DNA of 64,000 bases, taken from contig CAZUIT010000006.1 of NCBI GenBank assembly GCA_964620355.1, forward strand, positions 53,280 to 117,279. Reading direction: 5' to 3'. Every line of letters begins with the position of its first letter. Position 1 is the first letter of the stretch. A program made the translations under genes and the position numbers. The notes under the pieces were generated by a model, which saw nothing but the letters and a program-made list of their open reading frames with translations, ran no database searches and had not been told where the DNA came from. This stretch comes from an uncultured Burkholderiales bacterium. GTDB taxonomy: Bacteria; Bacteroidota; Bacteroidia; UBA8524. Shown piece after piece: positions 1-9,028 of the stretch.

Positions 1-254
1 GTGCAGGTCCAGCAATACTCTGCTCTGCTGCGACCAGGTTTGACCGCAAGAAGTTCAGGATCTTCGAAGTCATTCAGGGAAATCACCGTCATATTCGGCA
101 AATTCAATTTCTGCAGCACATCGAAGGCGACTTGATTAAAAGCAAAAACGTAGAGATGGAAATCCGGACAATGTGCAATAAGTGAATCATACATTACCAA
201 ACCTCGCGTCAAGTAGTTTGAATCGAAAAGGGTACAAAAATTCAGGCGACTCAT
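1..254 (-). CDS. Glycosyltransferase-like protein of polysaccharide clusters; N-terminal part only, runs off the window edge
   Basis: Translated by hand (not in ORF track): MSRLNFCTLFDSNYLTRGLVMYDSL...KPGRSRAEYCWTC. Its ATG (252-254) overlaps the TGA of the upstream gene (ATGA coupling). Confidence 0.65.
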   Translation of the reverse strand, partial: MSRLNFCTLFDSNYLTRGLVMYDSLIAHCPDFHLYVFAFNQVAFDVLQKLNLPNMTVISLNDFEDPELLAVKPGRSRAEYCWTC

Positions 255-967
255 TTTTTTACTGCTAGGATGATATTATCGAGGTAGAAGTCGCGGCTTT
301 TTCCAAAGAGAGGCCAAATAATCGACCAAACAATGTTCACCGGTGCCATCAGGAGCATGGTGATAAGCATATTCATTGGACCAGATTTCGTTAATGTTTT
401 TTTATAGATGAAGGTATTCCAAAGCTGAGCTAGGGCACGTGCATCATTCACGCTCTTGATAGATACCTCTATTTCAAAACCCGCTTGTTCCATCAGGTGT
501 TTCAATCCAAAAGAAGAATACCGCGCATAGTCATATGGTTGCTCATGCTCATCCCAAGCAAAGGGAACGGTAAGCAAAAGTTTCCCGCCAGGCTTCAATA
601 CACGATGAATCTCACGGAGAAATTCCTCTGGATTAAAAACATGCTCAAGAACCTGGTTACAGAGTGCATTGTCGAAATGATTCTCTTCGAAAGGAAAAAC
701 TTTTCCATCATAAAACACATCGATATCTTCATTTTCATGCGAGTGACCTGGGTTTTCGATGTCGAGTCCCACATATGTTTTGGTGCTAAAAAGCGAGCGA
801 TACGGTTTGCGGCCGCAACCTACGTCAATCACTTGTCCATCAATATGATTGGCCAATTGAGCAATTGCCTTTCGGAGACCTTTTCGCGCAAAATAGAAAG
901 GATTGATGAGCAAGCCCGCCAATCCCGGGTTAAAATCTTGTTTGTATTTGAAGCTTCTGAAACTCAT
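251..967 (-). CDS. Class I SAM-dependent methyltransferase (Methyltransf_11-like)
   Basis: Motif I VIDVGCGRKP, FDNALCNQVLEHV, HRVLKPGGKLLLTVP. Confidence 0.9.
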   Translation of the reverse strand: MSFRSFKYKQDFNPGLAGLLINPFYFARKGLRKAIAQLANHIDGQVIDVGCGRKPYRSLFSTKTYVGLDIENPGHSHENEDIDVFYDGKVFPFEENHFDNALCNQVLEHVFNPEEFLREIHRVLKPGGKLLLTVPFAWDEHEQPYDYARYSSFGLKHLMEQAGFEIEVSIKSVNDARALAQLWNTFIYKKTLTKSGPMNMLITMLLMAPVNIVWSIIWPLFGKSRDFYLDNIILAVKK

Positions 968-1749
968 GTGCCTTGTTTCAGCTGGTAAAAATAGGTTTTG
1001 AATTGGGAATTGATGTTAAAGATATCCGGACAATCGTAGAAATCGACCAAGTCGTGCGCCTTCATAACGTCCAAAAACTTCGATTCTGAAAAAAACCAAG
1101 CCGGATAACTCGCCTCATAGATGGAAGGAGGAATTCGTTGAATCGTGAGTCGGTCGGAAGCTGCCTTTATAATTGGATGTTTATCGATAAGCAAATAAGC
1201 AGCATTGGCCTGCAAAAGACGACTCAAGACTGAATATGGATCAGGCAAATAAGGTAGAACACAGCCTAATAAAATCAGGTCGTACTCCTTTTCCAGTGCC
1301 CTTTCTAGGCTTCCTTCGAAATGCAGGTTATCGGATTCAAACTCCCCTTTTCCAAGTTTCACAAATCCAGCTTGTTCGATGATGGTCCATTCGAATTCAA
1401 TATCTGGCAAGGCACGACACGTTGGGAAATAATGACTGCCCAAAGCACCTCCAAAGTCGAGAACCCGTAATCTTTTTTTACCCTTAGCGGCTTTTCGGAA
1501 ATAAGGTAGCGCCTCCCACTCAAATGATTCTGAAAATGCCAAGCCATCCCTTTCATATGAAGCTTTTTTATCCCTGACCTTTCGACTTGCCTCCAAAACT
1601 CGATTAAAAATGCTCACATCATCGTAAGAACCTGTTTCTGCTAAGGCTTGATCCCAGGAAGTAAAAGAGCCGAAATAGCCATACGGTTTCCAAAGTGTCT
1701 TTACGCTTAGGTAAGCGCTAATCAATATACGGTAAACTTGCCTCAACAT
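964..1749 (-). CDS. Putative SAM methyltransferase, TIGR04325-like family of glycan clusters
   Basis: N-terminal GxFxSWxxA...YERDG signature and VLDFGGALGSHY SAM-binding motif. Confidence 0.75.
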   Translation of the reverse strand: MLRQVYRILISAYLSVKTLWKPYGYFGSFTSWDQALAETGSYDDVSIFNRVLEASRKVRDKKASYERDGLAFSESFEWEALPYFRKAAKGKKRLRVLDFGGALGSHYFPTCRALPDIEFEWTIIEQAGFVKLGKGEFESDNLHFEGSLERALEKEYDLILLGCVLPYLPDPYSVLSRLLQANAAYLLIDKHPIIKAASDRLTIQRIPPSIYEASYPAWFFSESKFLDVMKAHDLVDFYDCPDIFNINSQFKTYFYQLKQGT

Positions 1750-1755
1750 TCGCCG

Positions 1756-2640
1756 CTAAAATAGCCTTTTGAGTCCTAGCTTTTCAAGGATTGCTCTTCT
1801 CCGTGATTTTTTAAAAAAGCGAACAAAAGCTCTATACCCAGCATTCGATTCTTCCACTTTGTTAGGAAGACCAGGCAATGATGTTGCTAAAAGTGGTTCA
1901 TAAATTCCTGTGTTTGCGCCATGCGTTCCTGAATCGTCATTCCCCAAATTACGAATGAGCGAGCGGCCAGGATAGAGCGTGAGCATATCATTCAGCAAGG
2001 CAGAAGCATACCAACGAACAGCCCAAGATTGGTTCTCCCCTTTAATTTGACGTTCCAGCATACGCTGATATGGATAGCTGTTTTCGTAGTTGAAGCGTTT
2101 TAATAGCGACTTCTTTTTAAGTGCATTCATGAGGGAGTTTCCGTCCTCTTCAAAGAATTGCCAAGCTCTTGGCCAAGTAGCCCACCCCCAACAATCTGCT
2201 CCTTTCAAGAAAAAAGATTCCGGTAAATTTTCTATTGGGTAGCTATAGGCATGTATAGAAGCAACCCTTTTATCCGAAGCATATTTTGTCAAGCCACCAA
2301 GCATATAGGAAAGAAAAAACGGACGACATTCCATATCATCTTCTAAGATAATAATTCCTTCGGATGTCTTCAAAATCTCCGTTACACCGCCAATAATCGA
2401 CTTTGACAGTCCTAAATTTTCACTTGCCTCATGGGTATGGATAGAAGCAAAGCCTTTAACCGTCTTTATATAGTTACGCACCGCCTTCACATTTTGTGCA
2501 TCTGAATCCGACTTTGCTGCATCAGAAAAGAAATGCACCACCATTTCCTTTGCTTCTGGATTCGCCAAAAGTGAATCCACCGTGCGCTTTAGATGCTCAG
2601 GTCGGTTATAACAAAATATGGCGATGGGGAAATTTGTCAC
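1756..2640 (-). CDS. Glycosyltransferase, GT2/GT-A fold
   Basis: PIAIFCYNRPEH, IIILEDD (DxD-like), CWGWATW. Confidence 0.85.
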   Translation of the reverse strand: MTNFPIAIFCYNRPEHLKRTVDSLLANPEAKEMVVHFFSDAAKSDSDAQNVKAVRNYIKTVKGFASIHTHEASENLGLSKSIIGGVTEILKTSEGIIILEDDMECRPFFLSYMLGGLTKYASDKRVASIHAYSYPIENLPESFFLKGADCWGWATWPRAWQFFEEDGNSLMNALKKKSLLKRFNYENSYPYQRMLERQIKGENQSWAVRWYASALLNDMLTLYPGRSLIRNLGNDDSGTHGANTGIYEPLLATSLPGLPNKVEESNAGYRAFVRFFKKSRRRAILEKLGLKRLF

Positions 2641-3701
2641 TACAATTTGGATGTTAGTGAAGAAAGCATCTCTTCCAAGATTCCGGGAACATCATATGCC
2701 AACTTCCAGTCGGGATAATGAGATTGAAACTTGGAGATATCACTAATCCACCAGATATGATCTCCAATTCTATTTTCCTCAGCATAGGTATAGTTCATCT
2801 TGTTCCCGGTAATTTCCTCAGCCATTTGAATAGCTTCTTGCATAGAACAATTGCTATATCTACCTCCTCCAATATTATACACCTCGGCAACACGCGGGTT
2901 TTGATAAAAGTGATAAAATGCATTTACCAAATCATTGCTATGAATATTGTCGCGAACCTGCTTCCCTTTATAGCCAAAGACAGTGTACTTATTGCCTGTA
3001 ACGGCACACTTCATCAAATAGGCAAGAAACCCATGAAGCTCTGCCCCAGAATGGTTAGGGCCTGTTAGGCAACCACCTCGAAAAATGCCCGTTTTCATAT
3101 TGAAATAGCGACCATACTCTTGAACCAATATATCTGCAGCCACTTTAGAAGCGCCAAACAAGGAATGCAGTGTTTGATCAATACTCATCGATTCACTAAT
3201 CCCATTTTTATTATAGGCGTGGTTTGTATCAATTTCCCAGCGGGTGTCGAGCTCCACAAGAGGTAGATAATTAGGCTGATCACCGTATACCTTATTAGTT
3301 GATGTAAAAATAAATACAGCATTTGGCGCCTTGAGTCGAGTTGCCTCTAACAAGTTCAATGTCCCATTTGCATTTACTGTAAAATCAGTAAAGGGTTCTT
3401 TTGCAGCCCAATCATGTGAAGGTTGCGCGGCAGTATGAATAATAAGGGAAAGATCACTGCTGTATTTATCGAAAATATTGAAAATCGCGTCTTTGTCCCG
3501 AATGTCTGCCGTCTCTAAACTAAAATTTGGGTATTTCTCCTGCAATTCGGCCCCTTTCCATTTGGTAGAAGCTCCTTCACCAAAAAAGTAAGAACGCATA
3601 TCATTGTCTATACCAACAACTTGATAGCCCAACTCACAAAAAAAACGAACCGATTCTGAACCTATCAATCCGGATGACCCGGTAACTAGAACTGTTTGCA
3701 T
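2640..3701 (-). CDS. NAD-dependent epimerase/dehydratase, CDP-paratose 2-epimerase (RfbE/Tyv)-like
   Basis: [11 protein letters not shown] Rossmann motif, [31 protein letters not shown]. Confidence 0.85.
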   Translation of the reverse strand: MQTVLVTGSSGLIGSESVRFFCELGYQVVGIDNDMRSYFFGEGASTKWKGAELQEKYPNFSLETADIRDKDAIFNIFDKYSSDLSLIIHTAAQPSHDWAAKEPFTDFTVNANGTLNLLEATRLKAPNAVFIFTSTNKVYGDQPNYLPLVELDTRWEIDTNHAYNKNGISESMSIDQTLHSLFGASKVAADILVQEYGRYFNMKTGIFRGGCLTGPNHSGAELHGFLAYLMKCAVTGNKYTVFGYKGKQVRDNIHSNDLVNAFYHFYQNPRVAEVYNIGGGRYSNCSMQEAIQMAEEITGNKMNYTYAEENRIGDHIWWISDISKFQSHYPDWKLAYDVPGILEEMLSSLTSKL

Positions 3702-3733
3702 TAAATCTATTTTGCGGGCAAATATCCGAAACT

Positions 3734-4558
3734 ATGGGTATACTTGTCAAAATCTTTAAAATGAATCCGATTAAGGGACTATTTTTCTTCCTTATCCGCC
3801 TTTATACGCTGCCATTACGAATTCGAATTGTTATGCAGCTAAGCTTTCAAAAAGTGCTTCGAAAGCAATTTTGGCAATATTACGACGAGGTATTTCTGAA
3901 CGACTACCCGCATATTCGGCGTGCTTGCAACCTACTTGCAGATACTAAATCCCCTGTAATATTCGATATCGGTGGCGGCCAAGGCACTACGCTTAAGATT
4001 TTCAATAAAGAATTGCCAAACGCGCGAATTAGTCTCTTCGAGCCTATTGCCGAAAATTATTCAATCATTCAAAAACAATTCGGACAGGTTGCAAATGTGC
4101 GTTTATACAATCTCGCGGCAGGCGACAAAGATGAAGAAGCTATTATTCATGTTGCAGACAGAATAACTTCCTCCTCCTTGCATCAATTAAACCCGGGCGC
4201 GCACAATAAAGACTCTTATTTAGCACAAGCTCTTACTCCATCAAGAGAAGAAAAAATTCAGGTTGTTCGTCTGGAATCGTATTTAGTTGAAAGCAAGAAA
4301 ACCGATTTATTGAAACTTGATGTCCAAGGTTTTGAACTAAACGTTCTCAAAGGATGTGGCGAAGCATTAAAAACAGTTCGTTATATATTACTCGAAGTAT
4401 CCAATCACCATGGATATGAAAATGCGGAGCTTTATTTTGAGATTGATGCTTTCATGCGTAGCCAAGGATTTGAAATTGCCGACCTATTTCCGGGGATAAA
4501 AGAAGGCGGATTTTTAAAAGAATGGGACTGCATCTATTTAAACAAGACATGGAAATAG
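3734..4558 (+). CDS. FkbM family methyltransferase
   Basis: IFDIGGGQG, FEPIAENY, DLLKLDVQGFELNVLKG. Confidence 0.9.
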   Translation: MGILVKIFKMNPIKGLFFFLIRLYTLPLRIRIVMQLSFQKVLRKQFWQYYDEVFLNDYPHIRRACNLLADTKSPVIFDIGGGQGTTLKIFNKELPNARISLFEPIAENYSIIQKQFGQVANVRLYNLAAGDKDEEAIIHVADRITSSSLHQLNPGAHNKDSYLAQALTPSREEKIQVVRLESYLVESKKTDLLKLDVQGFELNVLKGCGEALKTVRYILLEVSNHHGYENAELYFEIDAFMRSQGFEIADLFPGIKEGGFLKEWDCIYLNKTWK

Positions 4559-5691
4559 GAGTTTTTGAATTTGCCGATCCTGGTCATTTCACTTTGCTTG
4601 ATTCTGTTGCAAGAATATTTAGTTCTTCTGAAAAGAACCGTGTTGTCCTTCATACAAGTCAAAACCATCAGTCAAAATGCACGCAACTTATTCAAAAACT
4701 GCAGCGACTTAACTTGACTATTGATTCGATTGAATCCCCTTCAAATATTCAGTTAGCCGTAATCATCACGCCAGATCATCAACTGGACAAGACTTTCCAA
4801 ATTGTAAGCGATTATCCAACTTGGATGTTCATACATAATATTGATGATTGGTTTGATTTAACGCTATCCAAAACCCTCCGGCAAACGAGCAGCGCCTTGA
4901 TTAAAGACAAAAATCCGAGGTTGGCCTATTATCTTTTTAAAAGAGCTATCAAAGGGAACAGAATTAAGAAACAAATTATTCAGCAGCAATTAGCCACGGA
5001 AAACGCTCATTTTCTGGTACTAAATGAGGATTTAAAGACCGAGTTATCCAGCTTTGTACCTGTAGCCAAAATTAAAATAATTCCATTTTCTGTATACGAT
5101 CCAGAACTGAAGGATATGAGTCATCAGAATGAGCGAGTACGAATTTGCATTCCAGGAATACTCTCTCAAAAACGACGTGATTATTTGAGTCTATTCAAGG
5201 TTTTGGAAAGTATGCCTATGTCACTACTTGAAAAGATTGAAATCGATTTGTTAGGAGGAATAAGTCCCACTGCTGGCGAGCAATCTGACATTGTAGTGAA
5301 AAATGCCAAGCGGCTCATCAAGAATAATTATCCGATAATTCTACGCGAGAAAGCCTATATCGAGCTCGACGAATTTGATATAGAATTAAGCAAGGCTGAT
5401 ATCATTCTTGGAAATTTGAATATTGATCAAGGCGGCGGCAGCAGGTATGGAAAGACAAAAGAATCAGGAATACCATTTACAATGATTCGTGCCGCAAAAC
5501 CAGGAATTATGCCTGCGGAGTATAGCGTGCTTCAAGAACTCAGAACCAGCACTCAAACTTTTAAAGATTATTCCGAACTGAAATCTATTTTTGATGAACT
5601 GACCAATCTCGAGTTGTTAAATAAACTTAAAGAGGAAGCCAAAATAAACTCACAAAAATTCATAGATCGCGTTATTTTAAATAAACCTTAA
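4549..5691 (+). CDS. Hypothetical protein, possibly a GT-B fold glycosyltransferase
   Basis: ORF track 4522..5691; the ATG at 4549, overlapping the FkbM stop, is the more likely start. C-terminal half has RICIPGILSQKRRDY and ELSKADIILG, loosely GT-B-like. No decisive motif. Confidence 0.45.
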   Translation: MEIGVFEFADPGHFTLLDSVARIFSSSEKNRVVLHTSQNHQSKCTQLIQKLQRLNLTIDSIESPSNIQLAVIITPDHQLDKTFQIVSDYPTWMFIHNIDDWFDLTLSKTLRQTSSALIKDKNPRLAYYLFKRAIKGNRIKKQIIQQQLATENAHFLVLNEDLKTELSSFVPVAKIKIIPFSVYDPELKDMSHQNERVRICIPGILSQKRRDYLSLFKVLESMPMSLLEKIEIDLLGGISPTAGEQSDIVVKNAKRLIKNNYPIILREKAYIELDEFDIELSKADIILGNLNIDQGGGSRYGKTKESGIPFTMIRAAKPGIMPAEYSVLQELRTSTQTFKDYSELKSIFDELTNLELLNKLKEEAKINSQKFIDRVILNKP

Positions 5692-6509
5692 TGACTAAGA
5701 TACTTTTCTTCCTTTTTTCGGCCATTAATTCGACTTTGAAAGGTAAAATCAAAGCAAACAACCAGCGTGACTTCTTTAAATTTCTGAGTAAACTTGGTGT
5801 TCGAGAATTCCATTCTAATTATTTAGGAGTTGACTTTCTGCTTGACCCAGTCAATTCTTCGGTAAGTTCTAGATTGGTTTTGCAGAACGATTTTGAAAAA
5901 TCCGATATTCAAAATTTGATTTCACTTGTTCCTCATGAGGGAAACTTCTTAGATATTGGGGGAAATATTGGGCTCTATTCCTGTCTAATTTCTTCAAACA
6001 GGCCAGAAGTAAAAGTTTATGCATTTGAGCCGGCCAACCATGTTTTTAGAACATTGCTTCAAAACACATCCGTCTTTAAAAACGTCCTTCCCATAAATTT
6101 GGGATTAGGAAATGATAATTCCATTCATACATTTTTCGAATATGAGGATGATGCTCTTTCTTCATTTGTGGAAGGTGAACGTTCCAAATTGGTCCGAGTA
6201 AATAATGCCTTTGTCATGAAGGGAGATGATTTTATTTCAACTTACAAACTTGAGAATATTTGCGGAATTAAAATCGATGTGGAAGGATTTGAACTAGACG
6301 TTATCAGGGGTTTGGCCACGACCCTTTCTGAACAATCTCCAATAATTCAAATAGAGCTAATCCATACTGTACCAAATGCCCACGAAACCCACAAGTTGCT
6401 TTTAGAGCTTGGTTACACTGCATTTTACTGGGAAGGGGATATTCTTACAGGTACAGACTTGCTTAAAAGCACTGAATATAATTATATTTACAAGAAACTA
6501 ACTTCATGA
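5691..6509 (+). CDS. FkbM family methyltransferase
   Basis: FLDIGGNIGLYS, VYAFEP, IKIDVEGFELDVIRG. Confidence 0.9.
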   Translation: MTKILFFLFSAINSTLKGKIKANNQRDFFKFLSKLGVREFHSNYLGVDFLLDPVNSSVSSRLVLQNDFEKSDIQNLISLVPHEGNFLDIGGNIGLYSCLISSNRPEVKVYAFEPANHVFRTLLQNTSVFKNVLPINLGLGNDNSIHTFFEYEDDALSSFVEGERSKLVRVNNAFVMKGDDFISTYKLENICGIKIDVEGFELDVIRGLATTLSEQSPIIQIELIHTVPNAHETHKLLLELGYTAFYWEGDILTGTDLLKSTEYNYIYKKLTS

Positions 6510-7450
6510 AAAAACATCTACTAACTCTTACTTTCCTTGCGTCAACATTTTCACTCTTTGGTCAGCTTGATAACAATTTGGTTCTTCATGTCCCTATTGA
6601 TAATAACACAATGGACATCAAAGGTGCTAAAAATATTTCAAATTCAGGAGCTACTCTTAGCCTAGACCGATTCGGCCGGTCTAATAATGCTCTATTCTTT
6701 GACGGCAATAATGATGCTCTAACTGGAGACATCAGTGGACTTGAATTAGACACATTTTCCTATTCAATTTGGGTCAAATTTGAAGATTACCCGACTACCG
6801 GAAATCTAGTATTTTTAATGAATGTAGGAGGATCTACGAAAGATGCTGGCCTCAATCTAGCAAATAACTATGCTGGCTACACGGGATTCAGTGGATTTAG
6901 TTATGCTGTTAATGGCACCTCCTACAATTATACCACAGGTACACTCCCTTCCAAGGGAGCTTGGCATCACTTAGTAGTTTCTCGTGCTAGCGATAAAATT
7001 CAGCTATACTTAGATGGGACCTTAGCAGGTACATCTGCAGCCGTTGGCCTTGCCGATTATAGCGGTTCTAATCTTTCCTTTTCGGTTGGCGCTAGATTTG
7101 GTACTTCGAATTTTTTTAAAGGATTTGTCGACGACATCCGTATTTACAATAGACCAGTTACTGCACAAGAAGTTACCGAACTCTTTACTATAGCAAATGG
7201 GGTGTCAGAATTATCTTCTTTCCCCTTTTCTATCTACCCAAATCCTAGTGCTGGGACGTTTACGATTGCCTTGGATAATGAAACAGACCTAGAAGCCATT
7301 TCTGTCTATGATATGACTGGGAAATTAGTAACGACTGAAATCAAAATTGAAGGAAATCACGCGACAGCTCAAATCGAGCGCAAAGGACTTTTCCTAGTAT
7401 CAGTTGTCTCTAATGGAAATACCTACACGCAAAAAGTATTCATCCGCTAA
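6506..7450 (+). CDS. Secreted LamG/concanavalin A-like domain protein with T9SS type A C-terminal sorting domain
   Basis: Signal peptide; DRFGRSNNALFFDG, WHHLVV...LYLDG, FKGFVDDIRIYNR; C-terminal IYPNPS...VYDMTGKLV...TQKVFIR. Confidence 0.85.
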   Translation: MKKHLLTLTFLASTFSLFGQLDNNLVLHVPIDNNTMDIKGAKNISNSGATLSLDRFGRSNNALFFDGNNDALTGDISGLELDTFSYSIWVKFEDYPTTGNLVFLMNVGGSTKDAGLNLANNYAGYTGFSGFSYAVNGTSYNYTTGTLPSKGAWHHLVVSRASDKIQLYLDGTLAGTSAAVGLADYSGSNLSFSVGARFGTSNFFKGFVDDIRIYNRPVTAQEVTELFTIANGVSELSSFPFSIYPNPSAGTFTIALDNETDLEAISVYDMTGKLVTTEIKIEGNHATAQIERKGLFLVSVVSNGNTYTQKVFIR

Positions 7451-7470
7451 TCAAACTTGAAATCATTTAT

Positions 7471-7507
7471 TAGCCTCTTGAAGAATTTCGGGAGGCTATT
7501 TTTTTTT
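7471..7507. terminator. Intrinsic terminator between the convergent LamG and flippase genes
   Basis: TAGCCTCTTGAA-GAAT-TTCGGGAGGCTA stem followed by a T9 tract on the + strand. Confidence 0.75.
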
Positions 7508-8989
7508 CACAAATCTTTGATAGGATTGTGAGAGCAAGGTATTTACATCAATAGACACTTTGAAGTAAATTAATGGGATTAGAAATAAGGTTAAGAAAAC
7601 CCCACTGCGAAGTGTCAAATTCGCGAGGCCAAACACATCTATATCAACATGTACCATATTGGCTATCAAATATGCGAAGGCCGCAATTCCAATCACACTT
7701 AGCGTGGACCAATTAAAGGGCTGCAAATCACATTTCACCCATAGAAATATATAGCGTACAAGATTGAACAGGCTAAACGAAAGCAAGTTTGACCAGGCTG
7801 ACCCTTGTATCCCCATCTCTTTTACCAAAAAGTAATTCGTTGGTAAGAAGGCCAATACCAATAAGACATAGGAGAAGAAATTAAACTTCCAATATTTTGA
7901 GTTATGAAGAATTTCCGCATTCTGACCGAACCCCAAGTCTAGAATTCGTGCAATTCCAAGAATGAATACAATCTCCTTTACACCATCAAAATTCTCTCCT
8001 AGAAAATTGAGAATAAAATCAATGTTTACCCAAATTGCACCAAACAGCATAAGCGCTGCTAACAATTGATTCAATGAGGTTTTTTGATAGATGACTTGTA
8101 TAAGCCGTAAGTCCTTATCCTTCCAGGCTTGTGAAATTACAGGTGCCGCAATAGCACTCAAACTGCGGTAAGGAACTTGAATTATCGTTGCAATAAAATG
8201 ACCTGTTTGATAAATAGTAACACTTCCCAACCCAACTAATGAACCTATTATAAACGTATCCGCATTTTCCGCTAATGCTGAAATTATTAATCCTCCATAG
8301 ATATAAGAGCCATAAGCCAGCATTTTTCCCTTTAAACGCCGGGTAACCTTGCTGATTTTTGGAATGAATATTAAATCTCCCGTGCGATGTAGATACAGCA
8401 ACATCAAAACCACTAACAGCAAATAAATCACAGAATACGCCGCGACTAGTCCGTAAAAATTAATCGCACCAATCACTAAAAGAAATATCAATAAACTGGT
8501 AAGTATCCGAATTCCTAACTCACGTAAAATGGTAGGAAAAACTGATTTATACCGGGTATAAGAGAAGGTTTCTAAAACAGTATACAGAATTAAAAACGCT
8601 GAATAAGGAATGACCCAGTAATAGTAGTCGACAAATAGCGGAGACTTTTCAATGGTCTTTCTGATGATTAGGTCATCTGCTACTAACCAGACAATACTCG
8701 TTAAGAAAATGCCAATAATCGGCAACATGGTAGATGCCAATAAAAAGTCATTTTCCTTTTTGGGCAGATAACTAGAATAGTAAGGAAAGAACTTATTCAT
8801 AATGGCTGTATTGCCAAATGAGGCAAAGCCAAGAATGATCTTACCAACTGCAACAAATAGGAAAATTAATCCTGCTTGCTCGAGACTTAAAAATTTAGCG
8901 AATAGGACTAAGATATTCAGGGCCCCTAGCGCAAAACCCAGATATATCAATATTGAAGAGCTTAGCCCCTGTTTCCTAATCACACCCAT
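7496..8989 (-). CDS. Polysaccharide flippase (Wzx/MATE-like)
   Basis: About 12-14 hydrophobic segments; N-terminus MGVIRKQGLSSS typical of Bacteroidota flippases; glycan-locus context. Confidence 0.8.
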   Translation of the reverse strand: MGVIRKQGLSSSILIYLGFALGALNILVLFAKFLSLEQAGLIFLFVAVGKIILGFASFGNTAIMNKFFPYYSSYLPKKENDFLLASTMLPIIGIFLTSIVWLVADDLIIRKTIEKSPLFVDYYYWVIPYSAFLILYTVLETFSYTRYKSVFPTILRELGIRILTSLLIFLLVIGAINFYGLVAAYSVIYLLLVVLMLLYLHRTGDLIFIPKISKVTRRLKGKMLAYGSYIYGGLIISALAENADTFIIGSLVGLGSVTIYQTGHFIATIIQVPYRSLSAIAAPVISQAWKDKDLRLIQVIYQKTSLNQLLAALMLFGAIWVNIDFILNFLGENFDGVKEIVFILGIARILDLGFGQNAEILHNSKYWKFNFFSYVLLVLAFLPTNYFLVKEMGIQGSAWSNLLSFSLFNLVRYIFLWVKCDLQPFNWSTLSVIGIAAFAYLIANMVHVDIDVFGLANLTLRSGVFLTLFLIPLIYFKVSIDVNTLLSQSYQRFVKKK

Positions 8990-9028
8990 TCAGAAAGCAA
9001 GATTACAATAAAATTTAGATTCCAGAAT

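Noticed and set aside
3702-7495. Invertible segment bounded by recombinase inverted repeats
   Set aside because: The boundaries share only a 6-bp inverted match (TTTCGG), and no recombinase is in the window.
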